DNA from: Octopus sinensis
Taxonomy: Eukaryota
Direction of reading: 5' to 3'
NCBI RefSeq assembly: GCF_006345805.1
Contig: NC_043016.1
Span: forward strand, 1,054,001 to 1,118,000
Length of the DNA stretch: 64,000 nt
Shown here piece after piece: positions 38,423 through 50,000 of this stretch. The notes under the pieces are model-generated. The model saw nothing but the letters and a program-made list of their open reading frames with translations. It was not told the origin of the DNA and made no database searches. Every line of letters begins with the position of its first letter. Within the stretch, counting starts at the first letter, position 1. The position numbers were made by a program, and so were the translations under genes.

Positions 38423-38689
38423 CCATCAATGCTCTGAATGTTTTCTGTCAAGTGTTTGTAGAAAATGAACACGTGATTAAGATTAGAACCTTTTGTACGT
38501 TTGCCACTACGTCCGTGCGTTAGTGTCACGTGACAGTATATTTTACGCCTAAAATGAAGGCTGAAACGGTTGTGCGGACATGTTTAGTTACAATCAAGAC
38601 ACTCCAAATTTAATCTGGCTGGTGGGAGAGTGGACAGGAGTCGTTTGTGTGTAGTCCAATGGCTAAAGTTTAGGTTGTTAGCTGCATAG

Positions 38690-39200
38690 GTTCCTCATGT
38701 TTGTTAAGTTTTGGTTCATCTTGCATTCATATTAATAACAATTAAGCAATGAAAGTATTTTCTTTGTTTATCCGTGCTTCATCTGTGGTATTCACTGAAC
38801 ATGGGTAGAGTGGGAAGACATGGAATTTGGGGTCCTTATCTTTTGCACATATATCTATGTGTCCACTCAGTGGAATCTGTCTTGTATTAAGGTCTCGTAT
38901 TTGTTGTCGGTGAATGGTCAGTCTATTTCATATAGTAAGCTTTGTTTGACCTATGTAATCTTCATTACTTCCTTGACATGTGATAGCGTATATTAAATTC
39001 CTTGAAGACCATGTAAAGTGGCTTTTTACGGTAAAAATCTGTCCTGATTTCAATTTGTATGTTGTGTCTTCAATAAGGTTGATACAAGTCCCGCAATTTG
39101 ACTGTTGGTGTAGGAATTGTGGAAGGTAATTTAGCACTTTAGAGGAATTATTCGAGGAATTATTCTCATTGACAGTGAGAAAGCAAAAGAAAAGGGCAGT
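38690..39200 (-). pseudogene. Second Penelope-like GIY-YIG endonuclease remnant
   Basis: CGTC...FTWSSRNLIYAITCQGSNEDYIGQT in ORF 38928-39329; downstream PLSGHIDICAK..PKFHVFP by manual translation. Confidence 0.7.
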
Positions 39201-39936
39201 CGTTTGTGAAGATGAAGCAATCACCATGCATACATATACGTATGTATGTATGTATGTATGTATGTATGTATGTATGTATGTATGTATGTATGTATGTATG
39301 TATGTATGTATGTATAAGTGTGTGTGCATGAGATAAAAGATAAAAATATGTCGTATTTGTAAATTGCAGGTCAGCTTTAATTGGAGAAGCCTGTTGCCAA
39401 AAGTGTTCCATCTGTCGTCTTCTATATCCCAGCCTTCTTTGCTGTTGCTGTGTTTTTATTTTTCTTTCTGTTTGCTACCCGTTGCCATTTGCTTTCTTCC
39501 TCACCACCTTCGTCTGAGTAGTTACAAGTGGGGAGAAGAGTGTCTTGGCGGGGTTTATTATCTTATTACTTTTTTGCCTTATTGTTGATTTTGTTTGGGG
39601 GTTTTCAGTTGCTGCTGCTGTTGATGAAGTGTTGTCCCTTAAGGACGGTGTTTCTTAATATTTTTGTTGCCGTTTCTAATAGTTGTTAGAATTATTACAC
39701 CTTGAATCCCCCACAAAAACACACAGGTTCTGCAACTGGGATTCTGTGAAAACTTGTCTACTATTTTCAGAAAATTATGGGAAACCGAAGTGGTTCGCTT
39801 AAAAGGCAAAAACTACAGGAACAGTAATTAGGAAGTGTTAGGTGCCCAGTATCTTGTCAGGGCAGTAATAGAAGTGTATAAGCGCTCACAAGGTTGTAAA
39901 AATTATGAAATATAAATAAACAGATAGATAAACATA

Positions 39937-40215
39937 GGCGCAGGAGTGGCTGTGTGGTAAGTAGCTTGTTTACCAACCACATGGTTCCGGGTTCAGTCCC
40001 ACTGCGTGGAACCTTGGGCAAGTGTCTTCTGCTATAGCCTCGAGCCGACCAAAGCCTTGTGAGTGGATTTGGTAGACGGAAACTGAAAGAAGCCCGTCGT
40101 ATATATGTATATATATATGTGTGTGTGTGTGTTCGTATGTCTGTGTTTTTTCCCCCCAACATCGCTTGACAACCGATAGAATAAGTACCAGGCTTCCAAA
40201 GAATAAGCCCTGGGG
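39937..40215 (+). mobile_element. tRNA-derived SINE, 3' part deleted
   Basis: Canonical head and linker. Confidence 0.88.
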
Positions 40216-41182
40216 TCTTGGTGTTACAGTTGCTGTTATTGTTGCTGTTTGGTGCTACTCTTAATTTTCATGGTGTTGTTGATGTTGCAGCTGTGATGAT
40301 AATGTTGGAAGAGATGATGTGGGGTTGTCTTTTTTAAGATGGTTTATGCCTTGAGGTGGTTTATGTCACTATACAAGTGAATTCTAGGCATTTTGTCCTC
40401 AACGGCCGCATACAGTTGCAGGCCATCTGGCAGATTGATTAGTCCGGAATAGATTCCATGCTTTGGTGATATATCTGGATCAGTCTGACCCGACGAATTT
40501 CATCATTTCGGACCTGTAGAATATTCGTTTTGTACTCTACGGCAAAAAGGATAGCTGCGACCAATCAGCAGATGTTGATTCCTGGCGGCACGTCGACCAT
40601 ATTTTAATTACCCAACGGCCTAGTTATATCAACCGTTTCGTTACTCTATAAGTTTGTTGTGGAGTGCTTTCTGGTCCCCTCTTCTGTAGGAACTCTCACC
40701 TCTGCTGTATCATATTTTTCTCCACAAGCAGCGTATGTTTTAGTGCCCAAGATAAGTCTGATGCATTTAAAAAAATTATTACTTTGTTGCCTGTTCTATT
40801 TTGTTAGTTTTTGTTCTTAAGGGTTTGTATGTATCTCAGTTCTAAGGTCTGTTTCATGCTTGATGGATTCTGGGATATTCAATATAAAATTTCGGCCACA
40901 TTTCGTCTGCAATATTTTAGCATTTTTCAGTTCGTCCGCTGACAGTATAGTTTCTCCTGTCAGGTACATGACTTTAGCAACGGCACCGTAAGTTGTCATG
41001 TCTTAATTTTTTTGTAGTGGTGGCTGCGGCGGTGGCATTTGTTGGCCTATTGAGAGGAGGAGGACAATTTTTGTCTTTGTTTCTTTTAGTAATCATTTCT
41101 ATTGTTGTTTTCGTTGTTATTGTTGCTTTTTCATGTTCCTTGTCGCTGTATTTTGAAAGTTTCTCTATTTCTTTTACGTTAT

Positions 41183-41456
41183 CATCTGCTGGTATTGATA
41201 CATCAATTAGAAAGCATTTTTTCTCTTCATGATCTCTGACAACTATATCTGGTCTCTCTCTTTTACTCTTTTACTTGTTTCAGTCATTTGACTGCGGCCA
41301 TGCTGGAGCACCGCCTTTAGTCGAGCAAATCGACCCCGGGACATATTCTTTGTAAGCCCAGTACCGCTAAGTGACGGGGAAGTAAACACACCAGCATCGG
41401 TTGTCAAGTAATGCTAGGGGACAAACACAGACTCACAAATATATACACACATACAT

Positions 41457-41539
<83 letters not shown>

Positions 41540-41785
41540 TGCGACAGGCTTCTTTCAGTTTCCGCCTGGTAGGCCCGAGGCTATAGCAGAAGACACTTGC
41601 CCAAGATGCTACGCAGTGGGACTGAACAGGGAACCATGTGGTTGGTAGGCAAGCTACTTACCACACAGCCACTCCTGCGCCTATTGGCCTTAATTTCTCT
41701 GTGTGTGTGTATTAGCATATCCCAGAGTATGGTTGCTTCCTCGTTTTCTGTGACCTTTTCTGGGGTGTGCCTATTCCATCTTTTT
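41183..41785 (-). mobile_element. Short R4/Dong endonuclease-region fragment split by a SINE
   Basis: 41183-41252 matches ~44585-44660 and 41682-41785 matches ~44660-44760. Confidence 0.75.
41260..41681 (-). mobile_element. tRNA-derived SINE
   Basis: Head at 41681, tail at ~41260. Confidence 0.9.
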
Positions 41786-42344
41786 TTTTTGCATTGTTGT
41801 TGCTTTTGATATTGCTGATGATTTTGTTATTGCTTTTTTGTTGTTATTGTTGCTTTGGTTGGTACTGGCGGTAGGTGGTTTGCGTCAAAGAAGGGGAAAC
41901 TATCGAAGTTGCTCTTCTCGTTTCTGTTTTCCCTTTCCTGGCTGTTTACCAAAAATTTCTTGAAAAGTTTTTAAAATATGTATATTTTGCGAAATCAAAA
42001 ATAAATTCAATCACGAGGGGCAAAAATTCGAAGAAACTTTGCAGCTCTTCATCTCCTCAGACCTTTTGTGATCTTACGTGAAACACAGTACCAAAATTTC
42101 GAATATTTATATGCAAACGAAAGACTTATGAGTGACTCGAAGTGGACGTGTTACCATTACTACCACCATCACCACCAGTAGCAGCACTAACACCAACAAC
42201 AGCAGCAGGAACACCTTCGCTACTACCACCACCACCACCACCACAACAACAACAACAACAACTAATAATAGTAATGATTATGATGATGATTATCTTGTAT
42301 CTTTTACCTGATTCAGTCATTGACTTCGGTCATGCTGAGACGTA

Positions 42345-42558
42345 GGTGTTTTTGAATCAAAGCTGGACATCTTCCTGTCGAGAGTCCCAGATGAGCCTAC
42401 CTCACGGCAAGAGGTGCAAATGAGGGTAGCTATATCAAACTCCGTTCTTCACCAAGTGCCACATATTAGAGGAGGCTGCTAGTAATAACAGTGTAGCGCA
42501 AAAGTGGCGGTGCCTAAGCATGGCCGCAGCTCTGAGCTGAAACTTTGAATAAAAAAAA
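42345..42558 (+). mobile_element. CR1/L2-type LINE 3' end
   Basis: Encodes KLDIFLSRVPDEP-like C-terminus; 3'UTR GGCGGTGCCTAAGCATGGCCGCAG...CTGAAAC followed by an A-rich tail. Confidence 0.65.
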
Positions 42559-42800
42559 CGAACAAAAAATATAGCAGAAATGGAAAAATTAAAAAAGAAG
42601 CCTCCGTTAGAACTCACCCGCCGCACAAAAATAAAGATATAAAAAAAAGCACATACGTATATACGACGTTGTGTTAACGATAGTGGAAACTGAAGCAGAG
42701 TGGTGCGTGTTGTATCAAAAACCAAATAAATAGTGTTATGGCCAGATGGTGTGTAGTGAGTGAGATCAACACAACACCAAATTTAGGAAAGTAAATAATA

Positions 42801-42965
42801 GGCGCAGGAGTAGCTGTGTGGTAAGTAGCTTGCTTACGAACCACATGGTTCCGGGTTCAGTCCAACTGCGTGGCACCTTGGGCAAGTGTCTTCTGCTATA
42901 GCCTCGGGCTGACGAAAGCCTTGTGAGTGGATTTGGTAGACGGAAACTGAAAGAAGCCCGTCGTA
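42801..42965 (+). mobile_element. SINE 5' half followed by (ATT)n
   Basis: Canonical head through AAGAAGCCCGTCGT. Confidence 0.88.
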
Positions 42966-42989
42966 TCATTATTATTATTATTATTATTA

Positions 42990-43042
<53 letters not shown>

Positions 43043-43074
43043 TTAATATTATTATTATTATTATTATTATTCTA

Positions 43075-43380
43075 TAGAAATTGGAAGAGTAAGCGCACTA
43101 GCTTGCTCTACCAGCAAACGACAGTCAAGCGGTAATAGATGACAGATGCGATGTACGCATTCGCCACTTCCGCTCGACCTTTCAGGGACAGCTTTCTCGC
43201 GGCCCATTTCTGGGTCAAATTGGCTATCCTGCTCGTTACCTCGTCCCAGTTCTTCTCCACCTGGGAGTCCGGACCAAACCAAACTCGGAGCAACTTAGTG
43301 GAACCGTCTGTCCAGAGCCCCACCATGCTGTTGGAAGGCATGGGCTTGCCTCTCCAGGTGCCGAGTTGCAAGCCCACTGA
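43075..43380 (-). pseudogene. Diverged Tx1 RT-thumb fragment
   Basis: ORF 43108-43383: SVGLQLGTWRGKPMP...RKLSLKGRAEVANAYIASVIYYRLTVV. Confidence 0.85.
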
Positions 43381-44054
43381 CAAAAAACAACATCAATAAT
43401 AAATAGCATAAACCTAGCCGTCACGGAACTAATAGCCACTGAATTAAAATGGCAATATCACTGAGCTAAATGACATAGTATATGCAGCAGCCACTGTAGC
43501 CACAAAAGAATCATCTGGTATACTCACTCAAACCCATCCAAACAGGAGTGCCACCACCCAAACAAACCCTGTGGATAAATAACATCCAAAACAAAATACA
43601 AAAAATGAGAAAAGATCTGTCGATTCTTAATGAAATCAGTAGACAATCAATGCTACTAAGCAACAAAAAGAAAACAAAAATACTCCGCAAATACAAAATC
43701 ACAGAAACTACTCAGTCACAGCTTCAGGATGGTGTTTATACCATTTGTCAGCGGTTTTGATTTTATAATGCCGACATATTGTCCAATGTAAATACTGGCC
43801 GACTCTGTCATGTCTTGCTTTATATTCTACAGGTGTTAAGATACTACACCTTGAGATTAGGTGGTCTATTGTTTCAATCTCATTGTTACAGATCGGCATT
43901 TTGGGTCAGCTCCATTTTTATCATATTGGCTTGGTAGTTCCGGGTTAAAAAACTTTGGTCTTGAGCAGCTAATATGAAACCTTCACTCTCTGCTTTAAGC
44001 CCTGAGCTTCGTAACAATTGGTGCGTGTGTTTCTGGTCGACATCAGCTTGTTGG
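43381..44054. mobile_element. Rearranged R4/Dong fragments: N-terminal piece on +, CCHC/RLE piece on -
   Basis: + strand LNDIVYAAATVA...WINNIQNKIQKMRKDLSIL (to ~43706); - strand ETIDHLISRCSILTPVEYKARHDRVGQYLHW (43707-44054). Confidence 0.65.
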
Positions 44055-44157
44055 CTACGGGCCACATACTCTTCGTGCAGAGGTTCCCATCTGCTTGGTA
44101 ATTTTTCTTGTAAATTTTATTAATATTATTAATATAATTATTATTATTACTATTATA

Positions 44158-44225
<68 letters not shown>

Positions 44226-44243
44226 TATTATTATTATTATTAT

Positions 44244-46354
44244 CAGTAGTTTTATTTTATAGCGTGCTTTCACTTCACTACCGAGCGCAGCTCTGTGTGC
44301 CTTGGGTATGTGCTGTAATTTGTTGTGATGCTCTGATGGTTATTGTATGGAAAGTGTTCTGCGTAGGATGTGTGCAGTGCCTAGTAGTGCAATTTTCTGT
44401 ATGTTATATGTGTTTGTAAGTCCTGGTGTTTTTGTTATGTATTTGTCTGAATATTTTTTATCATGCCTAATGCACCTACTATGATAGGAATTGTTTCTGT
44501 TTTCAGATTCCACATTCTAGTTACCTCTATTTCCAGGTCTTTGTATTTTGAGAGTTTCTCCATTTCTTTTAGAGACACGTTGTAATCTGCCGGTATTGAT
44601 ACATCAATTAGAAAGCATTTTTTTTCTTCATGATCTCTGACAACTATATCTGGTCTGTTGGGCTTAATTTCTCTATCTGTGTGTATCGGCATATCCCAGA
44701 GTATGGTTGCTTTCTCGTTTTTTGTGACCTTTTCTGGTGTGTGCCTATACCATCTTTTTTCTGTTGTTATTCCATAATGTTGGCATAGCTTCCAGTGTAT
44801 GTAGGTTCCAACTCTGTCATGTCTGTGAATATATTCCTTCTTAGCCAGGACTGGGCAGCTAGAGATAATATGATTTATTGTTTCTTGTCCATCTCCACAT
44901 ATTCTGCAGTTACTTGTAATATTTCTTTTCATTACATGTTTTTGGTAATTTCTGTGGGGAGGCTTTGGTCTTGTGCTGCAATTAAAAATCCTTCTGTTTC
45001 TGCTTTGAGTCCTGAGCTCCTCAACCATTGCTGGGATTTTTCTTTGTCTATTTCTTTTGCGTTTAGTTTAGTCCAGTATTTACCATGAAGGGGCTTTTCT
45101 TGCCATCGTTTTATCATGGTTCGTTGCTGTTCTATTTTTAGTTTGGATTTCATTTGTTTTATAGCTTTTGTTGTTTCTTCGTCTTCTTCTTCTTCATGTT
45201 TATTAGGTGGTATGATTTCTTGTTTGTATTTGTCAGCTTCCTTAAATACTGAGAACAGTTTTTTGTTTGCTCGTGTTTTGCCGCTATCTGGATCAGTTTT
45301 CCTTCCTTCTGAAGTAGATATTTTTGCAGTCCTATGGTGGTTATTTTATAGTAGTTTTCCAGCTGTATAAGGCCTCTACCACCTTCTATACGTTGTATAT
45401 ATAGTCTTTCTATGTCAGATTTTGGGTGATGCATCCTAGATGCTGTCATTATTTTTCTTGTGTTCCTATCTATTTTGGTCAGTTCATTTCGTGTCCAGTT
45501 AAGGATATTGTAGCTGTAACTTATAACTGGGACAGCTAAAGTGTTGATACCTATATCTTGTTTTTAGCATTGAGCTCTGTGTTTAGTATTGATCTAACTC
45601 GTCTATAATATTCTTTTTTTATTTTCTCTTTCATTTGTGTGTGTTGTATCTTATCTAGTTCATGGATTCCTAAGTATTTGTAAGTTTGGCTTTGGTCTAA
45701 TTCTTTTATTTCATTGGTTTTATCTAGTGTGATGTTGTTACTCTTAACTAGTTTTCCTCTTTTCAGGGTTACTTTGGCGCATTTTTCTAATCCAAATTTC
45801 ATATCTATTTCTTTGGTAAATCCATGAACTGTCTTTAATAGTGTTTCCAGCTGTTTGTCATTTGCAGCGTATAGTTTTAGGTCATCTATAAAAGGTGGCT
45901 GATCGTTTTGCCGTAACATTTATATCCGCATCCAGTTCTATTTAGCATATCAGATAGAGGTGACAGTGCCAAGCAGAAAAGAGTGGAGAGAGCGTGTCTC
46001 CCTGGAATATTCCTCTTCTAATGGGGATGTCTTTGGTTTTCATGAGTCCCTCTTTTGTTTGGAGGTGTAGGATTGTTTGCCATTTATTCATAGAGTGCTC
46101 TATGAATTTTATGATTGTTGGTGCTACTGCTACTTTGTTAATGGCTAGTGTTTCGAGGATCCATGTGTGGGGGATGCTATCAAACGCCTTTTTGTAGTCA
46201 ATCCAGGCCATACTGAGGCCTTTCTTCTTTCTGTGGCTGTCTTCAGTTATGGCTTTATTAATCATTAGTTGATCTTTACAGCCATATGAGCCTTTGCGGC
46301 ATCCTTTCTGCTCTTCTGGGAACAGTTTGCTTTCGTCCAGGTGCTTGTTCAGCC
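44244..46354 (-). mobile_element. R4/Dong-clade non-LTR retrotransposon (RT + CCHC + restriction-like endonuclease), 5'-truncated, in (TAA)n
   Basis: WIDYKKAFDSIPH, RRGIFQGDTLSP, FIDDLKLYA, YKYLG, CRICG..ETINHIISSC..LAKKEYIHRHD, PDIVV..LIDVSIP..EKLSKY; (TAA)n on both flanks. Confidence 0.92.
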
Positions 46355-46857
<503 letters not shown>

Positions 46858-46910
46858 AAAAAAAATTTGTCTCTCGCCCCATACGACGTAAAGGTTTATA
46901 AGCTAGTCAT

Positions 46911-47045
46911 AGGCGTAACTGTGTGCTAAGAAGTTCCTTTCCAACAATATGGTTTTGGGTTCAGTCCCACTAGGTGGAACTTTGGGCAAGTATCGTCTAC
47001 AATAGCCTTGGGCCGACCGAAGACTTGTGAGTGGATTTGGTACCT
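46911..47045 (+). mobile_element. Degenerate SINE 5' half immediately before the satellite
   Basis: GGGTTCAGTCCCACT...TTGGGCAAGT...ATAGCCTTGGGCCGACCGAAGACTTGTGAGTGGATTTGGTA. Confidence 0.8.
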
Positions 47046-50000
47046 ATGTGTGCGTCTTTTTGTGTGCATGTGACTTTCTGTATGTGTGGACACTTTCCAT
47101 ATGTGTGATAACTTTCCGTATGTGTGATCTGTTTCTGTATGTGTGGTCTCTTTCTGTATGTGTAATCTCTTTCTATATGTGTGGTCTCTTTCTGTATGTG
47201 TGGTCTCTTTCAGTATGTGTGGTCCCTTTCCAAAGGTGTGGTTTCTTTCTGTATGGGTGGTCTCTTTCTGTATGTGTGGTTCTTTCTGTATGTGTGGTCT
47301 CTTCCTGTATGTGTGGTCTCTTTCCATATGGAAAGAGACCACACATACGTGTGGAATCGTTCCTATGTGTGGTCTCTTTCCGTATGTGTGGTTCTTTCCG
47401 TATGTGTGGTCTCCTTCTTTAAGTGTGGTCTCTTTCCATATATGTGGTCTCTTTCCGTATGTGTAGTCACTTTCCGTATAAGTGGACTCTTTCCGTATGT
47501 GTGGTCTCTTTCTGTATGTGTGGTCGCTTTCCGAATGTGTGGTCACTTTCCGTATGAGTGGTCTCTTATCGTATGTGTGGTCTCTTCCCGTATGTGTGGT
47601 CTCTTACCGTATGTGTGGTATTTTTCCGTATCAGTCGTAACTTTCCGTATGAGTGGAATCTTTCTGTATGTGTGGTTACTTTCCGTATCTGTGGTCACTT
47701 TCCGTATGTGTGGTCTCTTTCCGTATGTGTGGTCTCTTTCCGTATGTGTGGTCTCTTATCGTATGTGTGGTCACTTTCCGTATGAATGGTCTCTTTTTGT
47801 ATGTGTGGTCTATTTCCGAAAGTGTGGTCTCTTTCCGTATGAGTTGTTTCTTTCCGTATGAGTGGTCGCTTCCCGTATGAGTGGTCTCTTTCCGTATGTG
47901 TGGTCTCTTACCGTATGTGTGGTTTCTTTCCGTATGTGTGGTTTCTTTCCGTATCAGTAGTCACTTTCCGTATGAGTGGTCACTATCTGTATGTGTGGTC
48001 ACTTTCCGAATGTGTGGTCTCTTCCCGAATAAGTGGTCTCTTTCCGTATGAGTGGTTTCTTTCCGTATGAGTGGTCACTTTCCGTATAAGTGGTCACTTT
48101 CTGTATGTGTGGTCACTTTCCGTTTGTGTAGTCTCTTTCCGTATCAGTGGTCTCTTTCCGTATATGGTCTCTTTCCGTATGTGTGGTCTCTTTCCGTATG
48201 TGTGGTCACTTTCCGTATATGGTCTCTTTCCGTATGTGTGGTCTCTTTCCGTATGTGAGGTCTCTTTCCGTATATGGTCTCTTTCCGTATGTGTGGTCTC
48301 TTTCCGTATGTGTGGACTCTTTCCGTATGTGTGGTCTTTTTCTGTATGTGTGGTCTCTTTCCGTATGCGTGGTCTCTTTCTGTATGTGTGGTCTCTTTCT
48401 GTATGTGTGGTCTCTTTCCGTATGTGTGGTCTCTTTCCGTATGTGTGGTCTCCTTCTGTATGTGTGGTCCCTTTCTGTATGTGTGGTCACTTTCTGTATG
48501 TGTGGTCTCTTTCTATATGTGTGGTCCCTTTCTATATGTGTGGTCTCTTTCCGTATGTGTGGTCTCTTTCTGTATGTGTGGTCTCTTTCTGTATGTGTGG
48601 TCTCTTTCTATATGTGTGGTCTCTTTCTATATGTGTGGTCTCTTTGTGTATGTGTGGACTCTTCCCGTATGTGTGGTCTCTTCCCGTATGTGTGGTCACT
48701 TTCTGTATGTGTGGTCTCTTTCTATATGGGTGGTCTCCTTCTGTATGTGTGGTCCCTATCCGTATGTGTAGTCTCTTTCTGTATGTGTGCTCTCTTTCTA
48801 TATGTGTGGTCCCTTTCTATATGTGTGGTCTCTTTCTATATGTGTGGTCAATTTCCGTATGTGTGGTCTCTTTCCGTATGTGTGGTCTCCTTCTGTATGT
48901 GTGGTCTCTTTCTGAATGTGTGGTCTCTTTCTGTATGTGTGGTCTCTTTCCGTATGTGTGGCCTCTTTCTATATGTGTGGTCACTTTCCGTATGTGTGGT
49001 CTCTTCCCGTATGTGTGGTCACTTTCCGTATGTGTGGTCTCTTTCTGTATGTGTGGTCTCTTTCTGTATGTGTGGTCTCTTTCTATATGTGGTCCCTCTC
49101 CCTATGTGTGGTCTTTTTCCGTATGTGTGGTCTTTTTCCGTATGTTTGGTCTTTTTTCTGTATGTGTAGTCCCTTCCGTATGAGTGGTCTCGTCCCGTAT
49201 GTGTGGTCTCCTTCCGTATGTGTGGTCTCTTTCTCTATATGTGGTCACTTCCTGTATGTGTGGTCTCTTTATGTATGTGTGGTATCTTTCCGTATGTGTG
49301 GTCTCTTTCCGTATGTGTGGTCCCTTTCTCTATGAGTGGTCTCTTTCTATATGTGTGGTCTCTTTCCGTATGTGTGGTCTCTTTCTATATGTGTGGTCTC
49401 TTTCCATATAAGTGGTCTCCTTCTCTATGTGTGGTCACTTTCTGTATACGTGGTCTCTTTCGATATGTGTGGTCTCTTTCTATATGTATGGTTACTTTCC
49501 CTATGAGTGGTCTCCTTCTGTATATGTGGCTACTTTCTGTATGTGGGTCACTTTCTGTATGAGTGGTGTCTTTCTGTATGTGTGGTGTCCTTCTGTATGT
49601 GTGGTCACTTTCTGTATGTTTGGTCACTTTCCGCATGTGTGGTCAGTTTCTGTATGTGTGGTCTCTTTCTATATGTGTGGTCAGTTTCTGTATGTGTGGT
49701 CTCATTCTGTATGTGTGGTCACTTTCCGTATGTGTGGTCTCTTTCTGTATGTGTGGTCTCTTTCTGTATGTGTGGTCTCTTTCTATATGTGTGGTCTCTT
49801 TCTGTATGTGTGGTCTCTTTCTGTATGTGTGGTCAATTTCCGTATGTGTGGTCTCTTTCCGTATATGTGGACTCTTTCCGTATGTGTGGTCTCTTTCTGC
49901 AAGTGTGGTCTCTTTCTGTATATGTGGTCTCTTTCTGTAAGTGTGGTCCCTTTCCATATGTGTGGTCACTTCCCGTATGTGTGGTCTCTTTCTGTATGTG

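Larger units (their letters stand above)
39590..42100 (-). mobile_element. Degenerate third Tx1-like lineage (ORF1 region), interrupted by two SINEs and an R4 fragment
   Basis: Manual translation IQIYHQSMESIPD*INLPDGLQLYAAVEDKMPR aligns to subfamily A IQIVGASIESLPDRIHLENGQSLYAVAEGKKPR; VGGF motif near 39705. Confidence 0.6.
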
